Made by a program: the position numbers and the translations under genes
NCBI GenBank assembly: GCA_000004985.1
Contig: GG738857.1
Length of the DNA stretch: 64,000 nucleotides
Reading direction: 5' to 3' (one strand)
Source of the DNA: Naegleria gruberi
Taxonomy: Eukaryota
The notes under the pieces: generated by a model
Told to the model about the DNA's origin: nothing
The model's database searches: none
What the model saw: the letters and a program-made list of their open reading frames with translations, nothing else
Shown: in pieces, positions 35,523 through 46,659 of the stretch
Layout of the letters: every line of letters starts with the position of its first letter
How positions within the stretch are numbered: the stretch's first letter is position 1

Positions 35523-38500
35523 TTATATTAAAACTCTCTTGTATGTAATTAAATATTCAGGATAGCATTGATTCCTATCATAGATAATATATTCATTGTA
35601 GGTGTGTTGTGATACCGACTTGGATCTTCCAATAACACTGTCATAAACTCTTCCATTTGAGTTTTCAATGACAGGTGGTCTTCTTTCATTTCTCATCTTT
35701 TCCCTTGTTTTGAAAACCATCTGACCTAACAGAACTCTACTGAGAAATATAAAACACTCACCATCCTTATTCGAAACACAATATTGATCACTCTTACTAC
35801 AGCAATCAGCAAAGTATATTCCAGCTCCAAACAAACCACTCAAAGCACTCAATCTTTCATCAAAGCCGTGTTCTGAAATGATTGACTTGACTACTTCTGT
35901 TGTTCCATGCCATAAATAAACTTCATTCACATTGGAATCTAATTCACACATTTCGTCAACAAAATCATTTCTAATTGGTATATCCATTACCTTCTTTTTA
36001 TCCTTATAGGAAATTAGGTGTTTCTTCTTTGATAGATACATTTCATAAAGTGATAAATTCTCAATTCTTTCCACTTTTAGAACTTGTAACTTGTTATATG
36101 GAAATGAATCTTTTTCATGGTTTCGTTTCTTTCCTAATGTAATTGTTACACATGTCTTATCCAATAAATCTTGAATATCCTCTTTTAATTCAGCGGTAAC
36201 ATCTATAATTGACATGTTATTTTGATTTGATTTCCAATAGGAAGGCTTTTGTTTCGTTTCCTTTCTTCTTGTCCCACGAAAGAATTCATGTCTTAATAAC
36301 TCAGATGCAGATAAAGTACAAATTTCTTCACGAATATTAATTGAGTCCATTAGCGTTTTCAAAAGAGATGAATATTCATCGAGTCGTTCCATTGACATGA
36401 TGTCAATTACCATTTTCACGAAACAAAACATTTCTTTCTGGAATGGTAATTTGTTTCCCTTTTCCTCTATTTTCACAACATTATCAAATCCATCCAATAT
36501 TAATTTAACTTGTTCATCTTCAATAATTTTCACATACACATTCGCAGCTCTAATATTTCCATGAACAAATGAATAGGTATGAAAATGATGAATGGCTGAA
36601 AGAATCTGAAACCAAATATCTTCCCATCCTGATCTAATGGATGAAAAATCTTTCAATGTTCCAATTGAGTAATATGGCATAACAATACAAAGTTTATCTT
36701 GACAAAGATAAAATCCAATTAATTCTGCAATATTTGAATGTTTGATTTTCTCTAGAATTTCAACTTGTTCAATTACCATTTCAATTTTATCCAATGAATA
36801 TTGTTTAACACGATAGAAAATATTCGAATTCTTATCAACTGCCTCAATAAGCATATAATTCAGAAATGCAGTTTCACTAATTGTAGTCAATTCCAAAGTG
36901 CTTACATCTTGAATTCCTATAATTTCTGATAGTAAATCATAGAATCCTGATCGATAGAGTGTAATTGATTTGTTTCGAATATCATTTCTGTTAATTTGAA
37001 GAGTTTCGAGTTCAGTTTCTTGTTCCATAATTTTTAGACAGGGCGCAGTTGATGTTGAGTTGTTTGTTTCCCACAATTTTTTCTCAATTTCAATTGATCT
37101 TTTGCGTGCTTCAATGTTCTCACTCATTAATTTGTAATTAATTCCATATTTAGAAATATCAAATTTAGAAATTATTGTTAAAGTTAATTGCATATTTTTA
37201 AATTCATTACAGATGGTAGTAATATTATTGATAAAATCAAGGCAATTATTTTTCATATCATCAATAAAGTAGCAATATCCTTTCAATTTCTTTTTCAATA
37301 AATGATACAATTCCAAATTTGGATTTTCTTTCAATAAGGAAAATAATTTTGAAATGGAATCTCCAATATCATTTGTATCATTGCTTATTTCTGAAAATTC
37401 AAGTGTTGAAATATTACTTGAAAAATTTGAAAGAAAATTTGCAACTCCACTCAATTGCTTATTACATGTATTAATCCATTTCTCCAAATTAGTCGAATAT
37501 TCTTCAAATGTTAATTCCAATTCTTCATAATTCGATATTTCATTACATGGAATTTCTTCTCCACCATTCAAAAATTCATTAATTTCTTTAGAAATTTCAC
37601 TCAAACTCTTTACAAATTCAATAAGAAAATTTCCATAATCACTTTTCTTAATTTGATTATTCATTGATTCATGGATTTGAAATTTGCTTCGAAATTCAAT
37701 TAAATCTTGAGGATTTTGTGATGAATAAATCGATTTTGAATTAATTTGGATAGGGCTGAGAAGATTCTTAATATCTGTAAACTTTTTCATGTCATATTCG
37801 TTAATTATGATATTTCTAATAAGTCTATCAGTGGTAAATCTTATAGTTTCCAATTGATTTTTCCTATTTTTGTATTCGAAACCTAATTGGGAAAGCTCTG
37901 TAAATATTGATGCAAAATGAATGAATTTAATTTCTATTGGAGATGTGCTAGTAGATGCTTGACTCACTTCTACATTAATTTCTTTTGTTTCCACATTAGT
38001 CTTATTTCTTTTTTCAGATTTCATTTCCTTTTGAATCGTTTTTATGGATTTCCCGCCACATTTCAATGCTATTGATATTTTGATATTAGGATGTTCTAAT
38101 AATAATTTTCACAATTTCAATTTTATCTCTTTCGCAAGCAACTTGCAAAGGTGTTTTAACCTTCCAAAATTGGTAAAATAAAAACTTGCAAATTAATACT
38201 TACCATCTTTAATCTTAAAACTCAATTAATTAAATATCAAACTTACATTCTGAATAATTCAATAAATGTATACTCATCATTAACAAGTTACTTACACCCT
38301 TATTAACATCCAATTCATTTGATTCCAATAATAATTTCACAATTTCAAGATGACCATCATAACATGCAATAAACAAACAAGTTTGTTCTGATTCTACACC
38401 ACAAAATGTCTTGAATAACAAGCTAATAAGTATTCATTTTGCTTCAAATCATACTTACTTCATTGACATTGACAAGTGACAGTAAATATTTGACAATCTC

Positions 38501-38782
38501 AACATTTCCACTTCTACAAGCATGATACAATGGAACCTAAACACATTTAACAATATATGATGATATAAAACCTACTCCGATTCTTGGATTTACCTTCTTT
38601 TCTTCTAACAAGTATTTTGTAATTCTTGTTGAATTATTAGAAATTGATTCTTCTAATAGAGTTTTGTTCGAAACAAGAGTTTTTGAAAAATCGGACAAGG
38701 ATTCAGCTAATGAAATGAATTGCTCTAAATTATCACTTGAAATTGACGAGATTACTTTCTTCTCAAGTTTCTTTTTCAACAT
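35523..38782 (-). CDS. Ankyrin-repeat / protein-kinase-like (probably pseudokinase) / PARP catalytic domain protein, multi-exon
   Basis: Large exon 35523-38066. Kinase-like region has HGNIRAANV in place of HRDLKxxN and GFD in place of DFG. C-terminal PARP fold: VYLWHGTTEVVKSIISEHGFDERLS...GAGIYFADCCSKSDQYC...YNEYIIYDRNQCYPEYLITYK (H-G-T, Y, E of the ART triad). Upstream small minus-strand exons encode ankyrin repeats (VPLYHACRSGNVEIVKYLLS; LFIACYDGHLEIVKLLLESNELDVNK; GKTPLQVACERDKIEIVKII) linked by gtaagt/ag introns. Assigning the ANK exons to this gene is an inference. Confidence 0.6.
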
Positions 38783-38800
38783 TTTTTTTAAACTAAACTT

Positions 38801-40422
38801 TTAATTCTTTTTTGACACTCTGACAATTACTTTTGCCTTCTCATAAATACTTCTCGATTGCAACTGCATTAGGGATGGAAAGACTGTGCACTGAATCTTT
38901 GGAATGGTTGTGTTATTTCTTGCATCTTGTTCGTATGGATTAAAATTGTCCTTTGCTTTATACCAAACGAATTCCAACTTTTTTGAATTGGTAAACATTT
39001 TCATGTAGAGTTCAATTGCCTTATCAAGTAATTCTGAGGTTAGATTACTAACTTCCCGATCTCTACAAATATGCTCAGGATTCTCAACTTTGAATTTGTT
39101 GAAAACGTGTTCAATGGAGGTGAAAATCTCATTGTGGCAGCTTTTGAGTAGTTTTTTCTTATCTGAATCTTCCAATGGCTTGCATCCATAACCTAATTTC
39201 TTGTCTTTCAATCTGTGTTGTAATGATTTGCCCTTATTGTCGTCTTGAGCTGGTGAAAAGAGGTATTTGGCTAATTCCATTTCAATTTCACATTCAAAAT
39301 CTTGTGCTACATCATCTCCATTAAGATTTTCACTCATTTCTTCACAAAGAGAACCCAATGAATTCTTAATTTCAAAATAAGCATCCTTAATTGACTTGGT
39401 GGTATTGTCGGAGAAATTGTTCATCTCAAGAGCTGGATCATGTTCTGCTTTGACAATTCTAAAATTATCTTCAAGTTGAGCAATCTTTGATTCTAAACCA
39501 TTTTTCAGTTCGATTAGTGCTTCTTTTTCTTTCTCAAATCTTGATTGGTTTTCACTTGCTTCGGTTCTCATTCTGTTTTTATCCTTTTCCAGATTTGAGA
39601 TTTTACTTTCAAGAGATTGAAGGTTTGCCTGGAGTTCAAGTGTGTCATTTTTAAGATCCTTATTATCACTTCTCAAATCTTCAAGCTTTTTGGTTGTATT
39701 TTTGTGGCTGTCTTGTTCAGTCTTCAACTTTTGTTTAGTTTCATCATGTTCACTTCTCAATTTGTTGAAATTCTTTTCTAAAGTGTCCTTTTCCTTCTTG
39801 AGATCTGTAAATTCTTTTTTCTTTGTATTCAATTCAGTAATCTTTTGATCTTTTTCACTAACCAATTGCTTTTCACGGTTCTGCAAATCATCATTTTCTT
39901 TCTTTAATTTCTTCTCATTATCTCTTGCTTCATTGCTTTCTTTGGTTAATTTTTTAATTCTTTCATCTTGATTTTGGGATTTTTCTAATGAGATTGATTT
40001 AAGGAATTCAACAAGTTTCTTATCAACTTGTACAGTGTCTAATATGTCTCTTAATCTGTCAACTTCCTTGGTATGCTTTTCTGACTCTTCCTGGATGTGG
40101 TTAACTTTGTTTTTTTCCTTATCAAGATTACTTTGGAGAATAGAAACTTGTTTTCTTTGACTCTCTAAATCTTGTTTAACCTTGTCAAGTTCGTGTTGGA
40201 GGATTTGTGCTACATTCTTTTCCTGGTCCCAATTACTTTGCAGATTGGAGGTTGTTAGCTTTTCTTTATTAAAGGCCTCTTCAATTGACTTGAGTTGAGT
40301 TTGAAGTTGTGAAATTCTTTTTTGATAATGGGAGGGATCTACTTCTTGTGTTGGGGGTGGAACATCACTTGTTGGTTGTTGTTGGGGTTTGATGGTGGAT
40401 GATGGTTTATTTGAATTGGATT
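38801..40422 (-). CDS. Coiled-coil protein, member B of the lineage-specific family
   Basis: Long heptad-rich region (LQSNLDKEKNKVNHIQEESEKHTKEVDRLR...). C-terminal domain AEHDPALEMNNFSDNTTKSIKDAYFEIK...FVWYKAKDNFNPYEQDARNNTTIPKIQCTVFPSLMQ homologous to members A and C. Likely ATG at 40422 (rc) preceded by an A-run. The ORF-track start at 40528 is probably upstream read-through. Confidence 0.6.
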
Positions 40423-40566
40423 CGTTTGTCATTTTTTTTAAAGACGTACGAAAATTTGACGAGTTGTAATGTAATTTTGAAACCTGCATTCCGTGTTCCG
40501 TTCTGTGAATTGACGAGTCATCATTCACTTGTCAAATGTTTAACTATCAAACAAATAATCAAAAAA

Positions 40567-41778
40567 ATGGGATTCTTTGGGTTTTTCAGTGATGACAATA
40601 AAGAAGAAATAAAGAAGGAGTTGAAGGCGGCAAAGGAACAAATTGAATACCAAAAGAAAGAGGTAGAAAGCCAGCGAAACAAAATTATAACATTAGAAAC
40701 AAATAACACCAATTTGCAAACTAGAAACACAACTTTACTCCAAGAATTTAAAATTTTAAACCCGAAACTTGAAAAATTAACACTTGAAAAACAAAATTGC
40801 GAATATATTTCCTCTCAATATCAAGCAAAAGCACAAGAATTGAACAAGAAATTACAAGAACTCGACAAGCAGTACAATTCCACTGTTCAAAATCTCAACA
40901 CTGAATTACAATCTTGTAAATTTCAATTCAATCAAGCAATCACTGAGTGGAAGCAAGAGAAGAACAAATTTGAATTAGAATTGAAAAGTGTAAAACAATC
41001 AAGAGATCAACAAATTTCTTATTCCACTCAATTACATTCAGCATTGACTGAAGAAAGAGAGAATTTCATAAACTTGTCCCAAACCAAAGAACAAGAAATT
41101 GAAAAGTTGAAAGCTGACATTATTTTAATCAAAGCTCAAAATGATCCAGCACTTGTTGTCAATGATTTCTCAGATGAAAGTCCTAAACAAATTAGAGATT
41201 TGTATCTTCAATCAAAATCAAGTATTGACACTTTGACAACAACCTTGGAAGACAATTTGACAGAAGATGAACAAGAACAATTGGAAATTATTATAGCCAA
41301 GACACTCTTTGAGAAATTAGAAGAGACTGTTATGAAATTTGTGTGTGAAACAAAACAAGTTGACAGCAGTGATAGAAAGCTCATTGGTGAATTATTGAAA
41401 TCAGATATTGAAATGAGAAAGCTTGTTATTTATCATACTTCAGTTGGATTAATGAATCAAATTAAGGAACAATTTGCCAGTTTTAGTAATTTTATTGAAA
41501 ATTGTAAAGATGAAGAAAGAATTCAAATTCAAAATGAAATTGACACAATGTCAACAAGTTCAATTTCAATGCTAGCAATGATCTTGAGAAATGAGCAAAA
41601 TATTGGTTTCGTTTGGTATAAACCAAAATCAGATTTCAATACTTTAGAACAAAGATCAAGAAATGCTGATAAGAAAATTGTAATTGATACTTGCATTTAT
41701 CCTTGTTTAATGTTGAAGGGATCAAGAAGTGTTTTTGAACAAGCAGTTGTTACAACAAAATTAACAAAACACAAATAA
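40567..41778 (+). CDS. Coiled-coil protein, member C of the lineage-specific family
   Basis: ATG at 40567 (aaaaaaaATG). Coiled coil, then AQNDPALVVNDFSDESPKQIRDLYLQSK...FVWYKPKSDFNTLEQRSRNADKKIVIDTCIYPCLMLKGSRSVFEQA. Divergently oriented to member B with ~145 bp between start codons. Confidence 0.65.
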   Translation: MGFFGFFSDDNKEEIKKELKAAKEQIEYQKKEVESQRNKIITLETNNTNLQTRNTTLLQEFKILNPKLEKLTLEKQNCEYISSQYQAKAQELNKKLQELDKQYNSTVQNLNTELQSCKFQFNQAITEWKQEKNKFELELKSVKQSRDQQISYSTQLHSALTEERENFINLSQTKEQEIEKLKADIILIKAQNDPALVVNDFSDESPKQIRDLYLQSKSSIDTLTTTLEDNLTEDEQEQLEIIIAKTLFEKLEETVMKFVCETKQVDSSDRKLIGELLKSDIEMRKLVIYHTSVGLMNQIKEQFASFSNFIENCKDEERIQIQNEIDTMSTSSISMLAMILRNEQNIGFVWYKPKSDFNTLEQRSRNADKKIVIDTCIYPCLMLKGSRSVFEQAVVTTKLTKHK

Positions 41779-41994
41779 ATATTTACAAATATTACAAAAT
41801 ATTTAAAAATATTGAAAAAATTACTGTAAATTTTGATCATCACACTAAATCTGCATTAACTTTCTACACAATTGTAGTTGACGGAATTTACGGAATTGAA
41901 AATTGTAATATGACTTAATTTGACATGGGAAGTGTCCATTTCAACACGTCATGTCAAAGTTTCTAATTATCAATTCTCAAAAAACAAAAAAAAT

Positions 41995-43871
41995 ATGAGC
42001 ACCAGCACCCTCATCAAACCACAAGCAGGTAAAAACTTTGTCGTTTGCATTGACTTTGGATCTTCAGGTTCTGGCAGTTCAATTCTCTTCGTAAAGGATG
42101 AAGATAAAATTTTCACTCTCAAAACTTATCCAGACTCCCCTAACGTAGTTTACAATAAGAATATGTCATGTATTTTATATGAAGATGGTAAGAGACATAG
42201 TATTGGTTATACTGCTAGAAAGACAATGTTCTTTGAAAATGATGACGAAGATTCAGATGAAGATTCCGGTGAAGATTCGGATAGAGATTCAGATAGTGAA
42301 AGTGAAGAATCTCATGGATCAACTTCAACTGCTCCATCAAAAAAATCAGCAACTCCACTAAAAGATAGAAAATTTATCAGAGATTTAAAAATTCAATTCA
42401 TGGAAGCAACAAAAGATGAGAAGGAAATTTCAATTCCAGAAATAGTAATTTCCAATGATGGAACAACCAAATCTTTACTTGATGTGATGGCAGATTACTT
42501 ATCCATGTTATTCACAGATTTTATCATGAAGAGTTTAAAGAATAACGATAGCTCTGTTAAGAAAACTGATGTTCGTTGGTGCATTACAGTTCCCGCCAAC
42601 TATTCAGAACATCAAAAATCCCTAATGAGGAAAGTGGCATGTAAGGCAAAGATTATAGATAAGGAAAATTGTGATGAGAGTGATTTGATTATCATTTCTG
42701 AACCAGATGCTGCTACCATGTTCTGTATGAAACATAAGGCTAAATCTAAACCACTTACAAATGGTGAAACTTTTATGGTAGTTGATGCTGGTGGTGGTAC
42801 TGTAGATGGTAAGTTTGAGAAATTCTTGATTTAACATTTAAATTCTGTAACAGTCAGTTGTCATATGCTTGAAAATGGTAAATTGAAAGAGTTGGCAGTT
42901 CAAAAGGCAGAGCTATGTGGTTCTACATTTATTGATAGAGAATTTATTAAGATTTTAGAAGAAAATTGTGATAATTTCAAAGAATTTACAGAGAAAAATC
43001 CAGAAACTCTTGTCAAGATATTATCAATTTGGGAAGATGTTAAGAGAGGTACTTTGACAGTTGACAAGAAATTGACATTTGACACATCTCCAATGTTTAA
43101 AAAAGCAAAACCTAATAGTTCAATTTACAAATCAAGATCTACCAAGATTGCATTAACAGATGAACAAATGAAAAGAATATTTGACAGTCAAGTGTCAAAA
43201 GCACTCAAATTGATTGATGAAGTTTATAGAGATTATGAAGAAGATTATCCAAGTAGAAAGATGGATCACTTATTTATTGTTGGTGGTTTAGGAGATAATG
43301 GTTATTTCCAAAATCGTATTAAGGAAAGATTTGAAAAGAAATTTAAGGAAATTTTAATTCCACTTTTCTGTTCGACAGCTGTCATGGAAGGAGGTGCATT
43401 ACTTGCTAAGGATCCATCATTCGTTCAAGAAAATCAAAGTTATCATATGGTGTTGGTGTCATGGAAGAATTTGAAGAAGGGCATCATGCTGAAAGCAAGT
43501 ACAAGGTCATTAATGGTAAACATATGGCAGTTGACGTGTTGGATGTTTTTGTTGAACAACGTGAAGAAGTTGAAATTGATAGAGAAATTGTTAGAGAATA
43601 TGAATGTTTACCAGGTGCTACTCAAATTGATGTTGTTCTCTATTCATCTATTAAGAGAAGAGAAGCAATTCCTTATATTGATTCACCACTAGTTTCTAAA
43701 GAGGAAACAATTACAATTCCTTTTAGAGATTCATCAAAGGAGGCAGATAGAAGAGTTTTTATTAAATTCTTCTTTGGTAAATCAGAATTAATGATTACTG
43801 TTGAAAATGCACAAGGTGAAGTTAAGGAAATTAAGAGAGATTTTGAAGCAAACTCACTTGCCCTAAAATAA
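41995..43871 (+). CDS. HSPA12-like atypical Hsp70 (actin-like ATPase) protein 1; one intron plus an apparent frameshift (possible pseudogene)
   Basis: VVCIDFGSSGSGSS (phosphate-1), ISEPDAATMFC, FMVVDAGGGTVD (phosphate-2). Intron ~42810-42853 (gtaagt...aacag) gives GGGTVD-V-SCHMLENGKLKELAVQKAELCGSTFIDREF, collinear with paralogue 2. LFIVGGLGDNGYF (adenosine motif). Near 43411-43420 the reading frame must shift by 1 nt to continue into the conserved C-terminus (…LLAKDPS / IIRSRKSKLSYGVGVMEEFEEG…, matching paralogue 2 DSLISTRRMRMTYGVKAQKGSEE). Confidence 0.6.
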
Positions 43872-44116
43872 ATAGTTGAAATTCCATTCACAAAAATCTT
43901 AATATTTATTAGTATGAGCGAAATATAACCTCAATATCATTATTACAATCTGATCTTTTTCGTTTATCAAAACTGTAGAAAGCTTTTTTTGAACTGTAGT
44001 CACTCTCGAATCGTGATTCATTGTAAAACTTGTCAAACTTACCGATCAGAATTCCGTATGACGTACGATTTCTCATTTCTCATCAGTTTATTCTGTTCCA
44101 TTAACACACAAAAAAA

Positions 44117-46556
44117 ATGTCATCATCAACTGTTCCTGTTCGTTCAGGTTCCCTCAACAAGAAGAAAGTTGTCATTTCCATTGATTTTGGTACATCAAGA
44201 ACTGGTTTCTGTTATTCACTCACCAATGATGTGAAAAAGACTCGAGTTAAGAATACCTCATGGAAAGATGCACCAAGTGGAGTTTCATTCCCAAAGACTC
44301 TCACTCAATTACTTTATGAAAAGAGTGATACAAGAAAACCTGTTGCTTGGGGTTACACTTCACTTGACATGTTGTCAAGAGAATTTGAAGATGAGAGTGA
44401 ATCTGATGAAGATGAAGAAGGTGGTGAAGAGATTCCAGCACAAAATAGCAAGTATTATCATTTCAAGACATTCAAAATGGGATTATTCAATAATCCATCT
44501 GGTATGGTGAAGGATACAACTGGTGTTTTTGAAAAGAATGTTGGTGAATTGATAGTTGACTATTTGAAATTATTATTCCATGATCAGATTAAGCCAACTG
44601 TTGAGAAATCATTGGGATCTAAATTGAATCTTGATGAAGTTACTTGGTGTTTAACAGTTCCAGCCATTTGGAAAGATGAACAAAAATCAGATATGAGATT
44701 AGCTGCTTACACTGCTGGTTTAACAAAGACACCTGAAGCATCTTCTGATGATTTTAAGATTATTCTTGAACCAGAAGGAGCTGCTGCTTATTGTATGGAA
44801 TATCAAGCTTCTAAAGGTAAACCATTGAGAGAGGGCGAATCATTCCTTGTTTGTGATCTTGGTGGTGGTACAGTTGACTTGACATGTCATAAATTTGAAA
44901 AGGCAAGATTGAGAGAATTAGCTGAAGGATCTGGTGATGCATGTGGTTCTACATATTTAGATGATGCTTTTATTATTTATTTGGAAGAATGTTTTGGTAA
45001 GAAATTTGTTGAAACCTTAAGGAAAAAGTATGGCCAAACTTATTTGGACATTTTAAAGATTTGGGAAAGAACAAAAGTTACAACAACAGATTTAACAAAA
45101 GATATTAATGTTGATATGCCTGGTCAATTAAGTAGTTTTTTAGAAAGTGCCAATGTTAAAAGTGATAAATTCAGAGCTAAAAGAGGTCAACTCAAAATTA
45201 CAAGTGAAGCTTTACAAACAATTTATCAAGATTCATTAGAAAAAACAAGAAATCTTGTTGAAAAGCAATTAGAAACAATCCAATCAGAGACTGGTAAAAT
45301 GGTTGATTATATTTTCATAGTTGGTGGTTTTGGTGCTTCCAAAGTAGTTCAAAACTTTCTAATTGACAATTTCTCTTCACAAGTTAAGGGAATTGTAATT
45401 CCAAATGAACCTGCTGAAGCTGTTGTTGATGGTGCTGCATTATTAGGTATTGATGATTCATTAATTTCAACACGTAGAATGAGAATGACTTATGGAGTTA
45501 AAGCTCAAAAAGGAAGTGAAGAAATATTCGATACTTTTGTAATTGCTAATCAAGAACTTGAAGTTGATCAAGGAATTTCAAGAGAATACAAAGTTCAAAG
45601 AGCTAATCAACAAGCTATGAAAATAATCATCTACAGCACTAAATTGAAATCAATTACAAAAGTTGACGAAACTAAATGTCATAAGATTGGTGAAATTCAA
45701 GTACATATGACAGATATGACAGGTGGCATGGATAGAATAGTGAAAGTTACAATGTATTTTGGTAGATCAGAAACTAGAGTTACTGCCATTGAAAAGAATA
45801 CTGGAATTGAGTATAGTGCATTAATTAAGTATGATGGTGAATTATTTTCACATGGTGAAAGTATTGCTGACACTCCACCAGTTCAACCTCACCATTTGTA
45901 AGTATAGAATGTTATATTGAAGTTTACAATTTCTAACTGTTAAAAGAATTTTTGCAAATGATGTTTCAGGATCAATGTGGGCAAGAGATGCTTTACCAAC
46001 AATGAGTTTACTTAAAGTAAGTATTCTTCCATGATGTTTTTTACTAATATTCAATTAGACCTCTCATAATAACAGAGTAGGAGCACTTTATGAAGCATGT
46101 TATGCCTTTTTAGAAACAAGAAAAGAAACTTCAGATATTTCATCGTGTATTCTTCATAATCATGATTCAATCATTATTTATGATAAAAAACCTGCAACTC
46201 CATCACTTGTTTCTGATTACATGATGAAATATAATGCCGACGGTGGCAACAACTTTTTAAAAGTATTCGAAACTGTCGAACAAGTTCTCAAATCGAGTAA
46301 TAACGAGGAATTCAAACCAATAGTTTTCTTTATGACAGATGGTGCTTGGCACGACGACGGAGCACCTGCCTACTTGGAAGGCTTAATGTTAAGATATCCA
46401 GATTTAACAGTTCATGTCATTAATTTGGGTAGTTCAATTAATTTTGAATTGATGAATAGAATTGCAAAGATTGGTAGAGGAACCATTTCAACATCTGGAA
46501 TGAGCGCTGTAGAATTGAAGAGTACCTATCTCAGCTTGCTTCCTTACTTGGATTAA
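44117..46556 (+). CDS. HSPA12-like atypical Hsp70 ATPase protein 2 with C-terminal von Willebrand factor A (vWA) domain, 3 exons
   Basis: Exon 1 44117-~45896: VVISIDFGTSRTGFCYS, ILEPEGAAAYCMEY, FLVCDLGGGTVDLTCHKFE, IFIVGGFGASKVVQNF. Donor tt|gtaagtat. Exon 2 ~45953-46012 (acceptor ...ttaaaag) encodes L-IFANDVSGSMWARDALPTMSLLK (DxSGSM MIDAS motif). Donor gtaagt; acceptor ...acagag. Exon 3 ~46076-46556: VGALYEACYAFLETRKE...NADGGNNFLKVFE...IVFFMTDGAWHDD...VHVINLGSS (vWA fold). Splice phases are compatible across both introns. The ORF-track stop at 45901 is the TAA inside the gtaagt donor. Confidence 0.6.
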
Positions 46557-46659
46557 TAATATTTCCCATAAAACATTCCCATGGTGGATATCCTTGTATT
46601 GTACAATATTATGAAACTAATAGTATTAATGAATAATTTAATAAAAAGTATTGGTAGTA

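Noticed and set aside
42810-42853. Peptide DGKFEKFLI in read-through resembling paralogue-2 sequence HKFEKARL
   Set aside because: The segment has a gtaagt donor and aacag acceptor with correct phase. Excising it restores perfect collinearity (GGGTVD-V-SCHMLENGKL vs GGGTVD-L-TCHKFEKARL), so the resemblance is coincidental and the segment is an intron.
45899-45901. Stop codon ending HSPA12-like gene 2 as given in the ORF track
   Set aside because: The TAA is the taa of a tt|gtaagt donor. Downstream exons are in compatible phase and encode a vWA domain, so I favour splicing over termination, as an inference.
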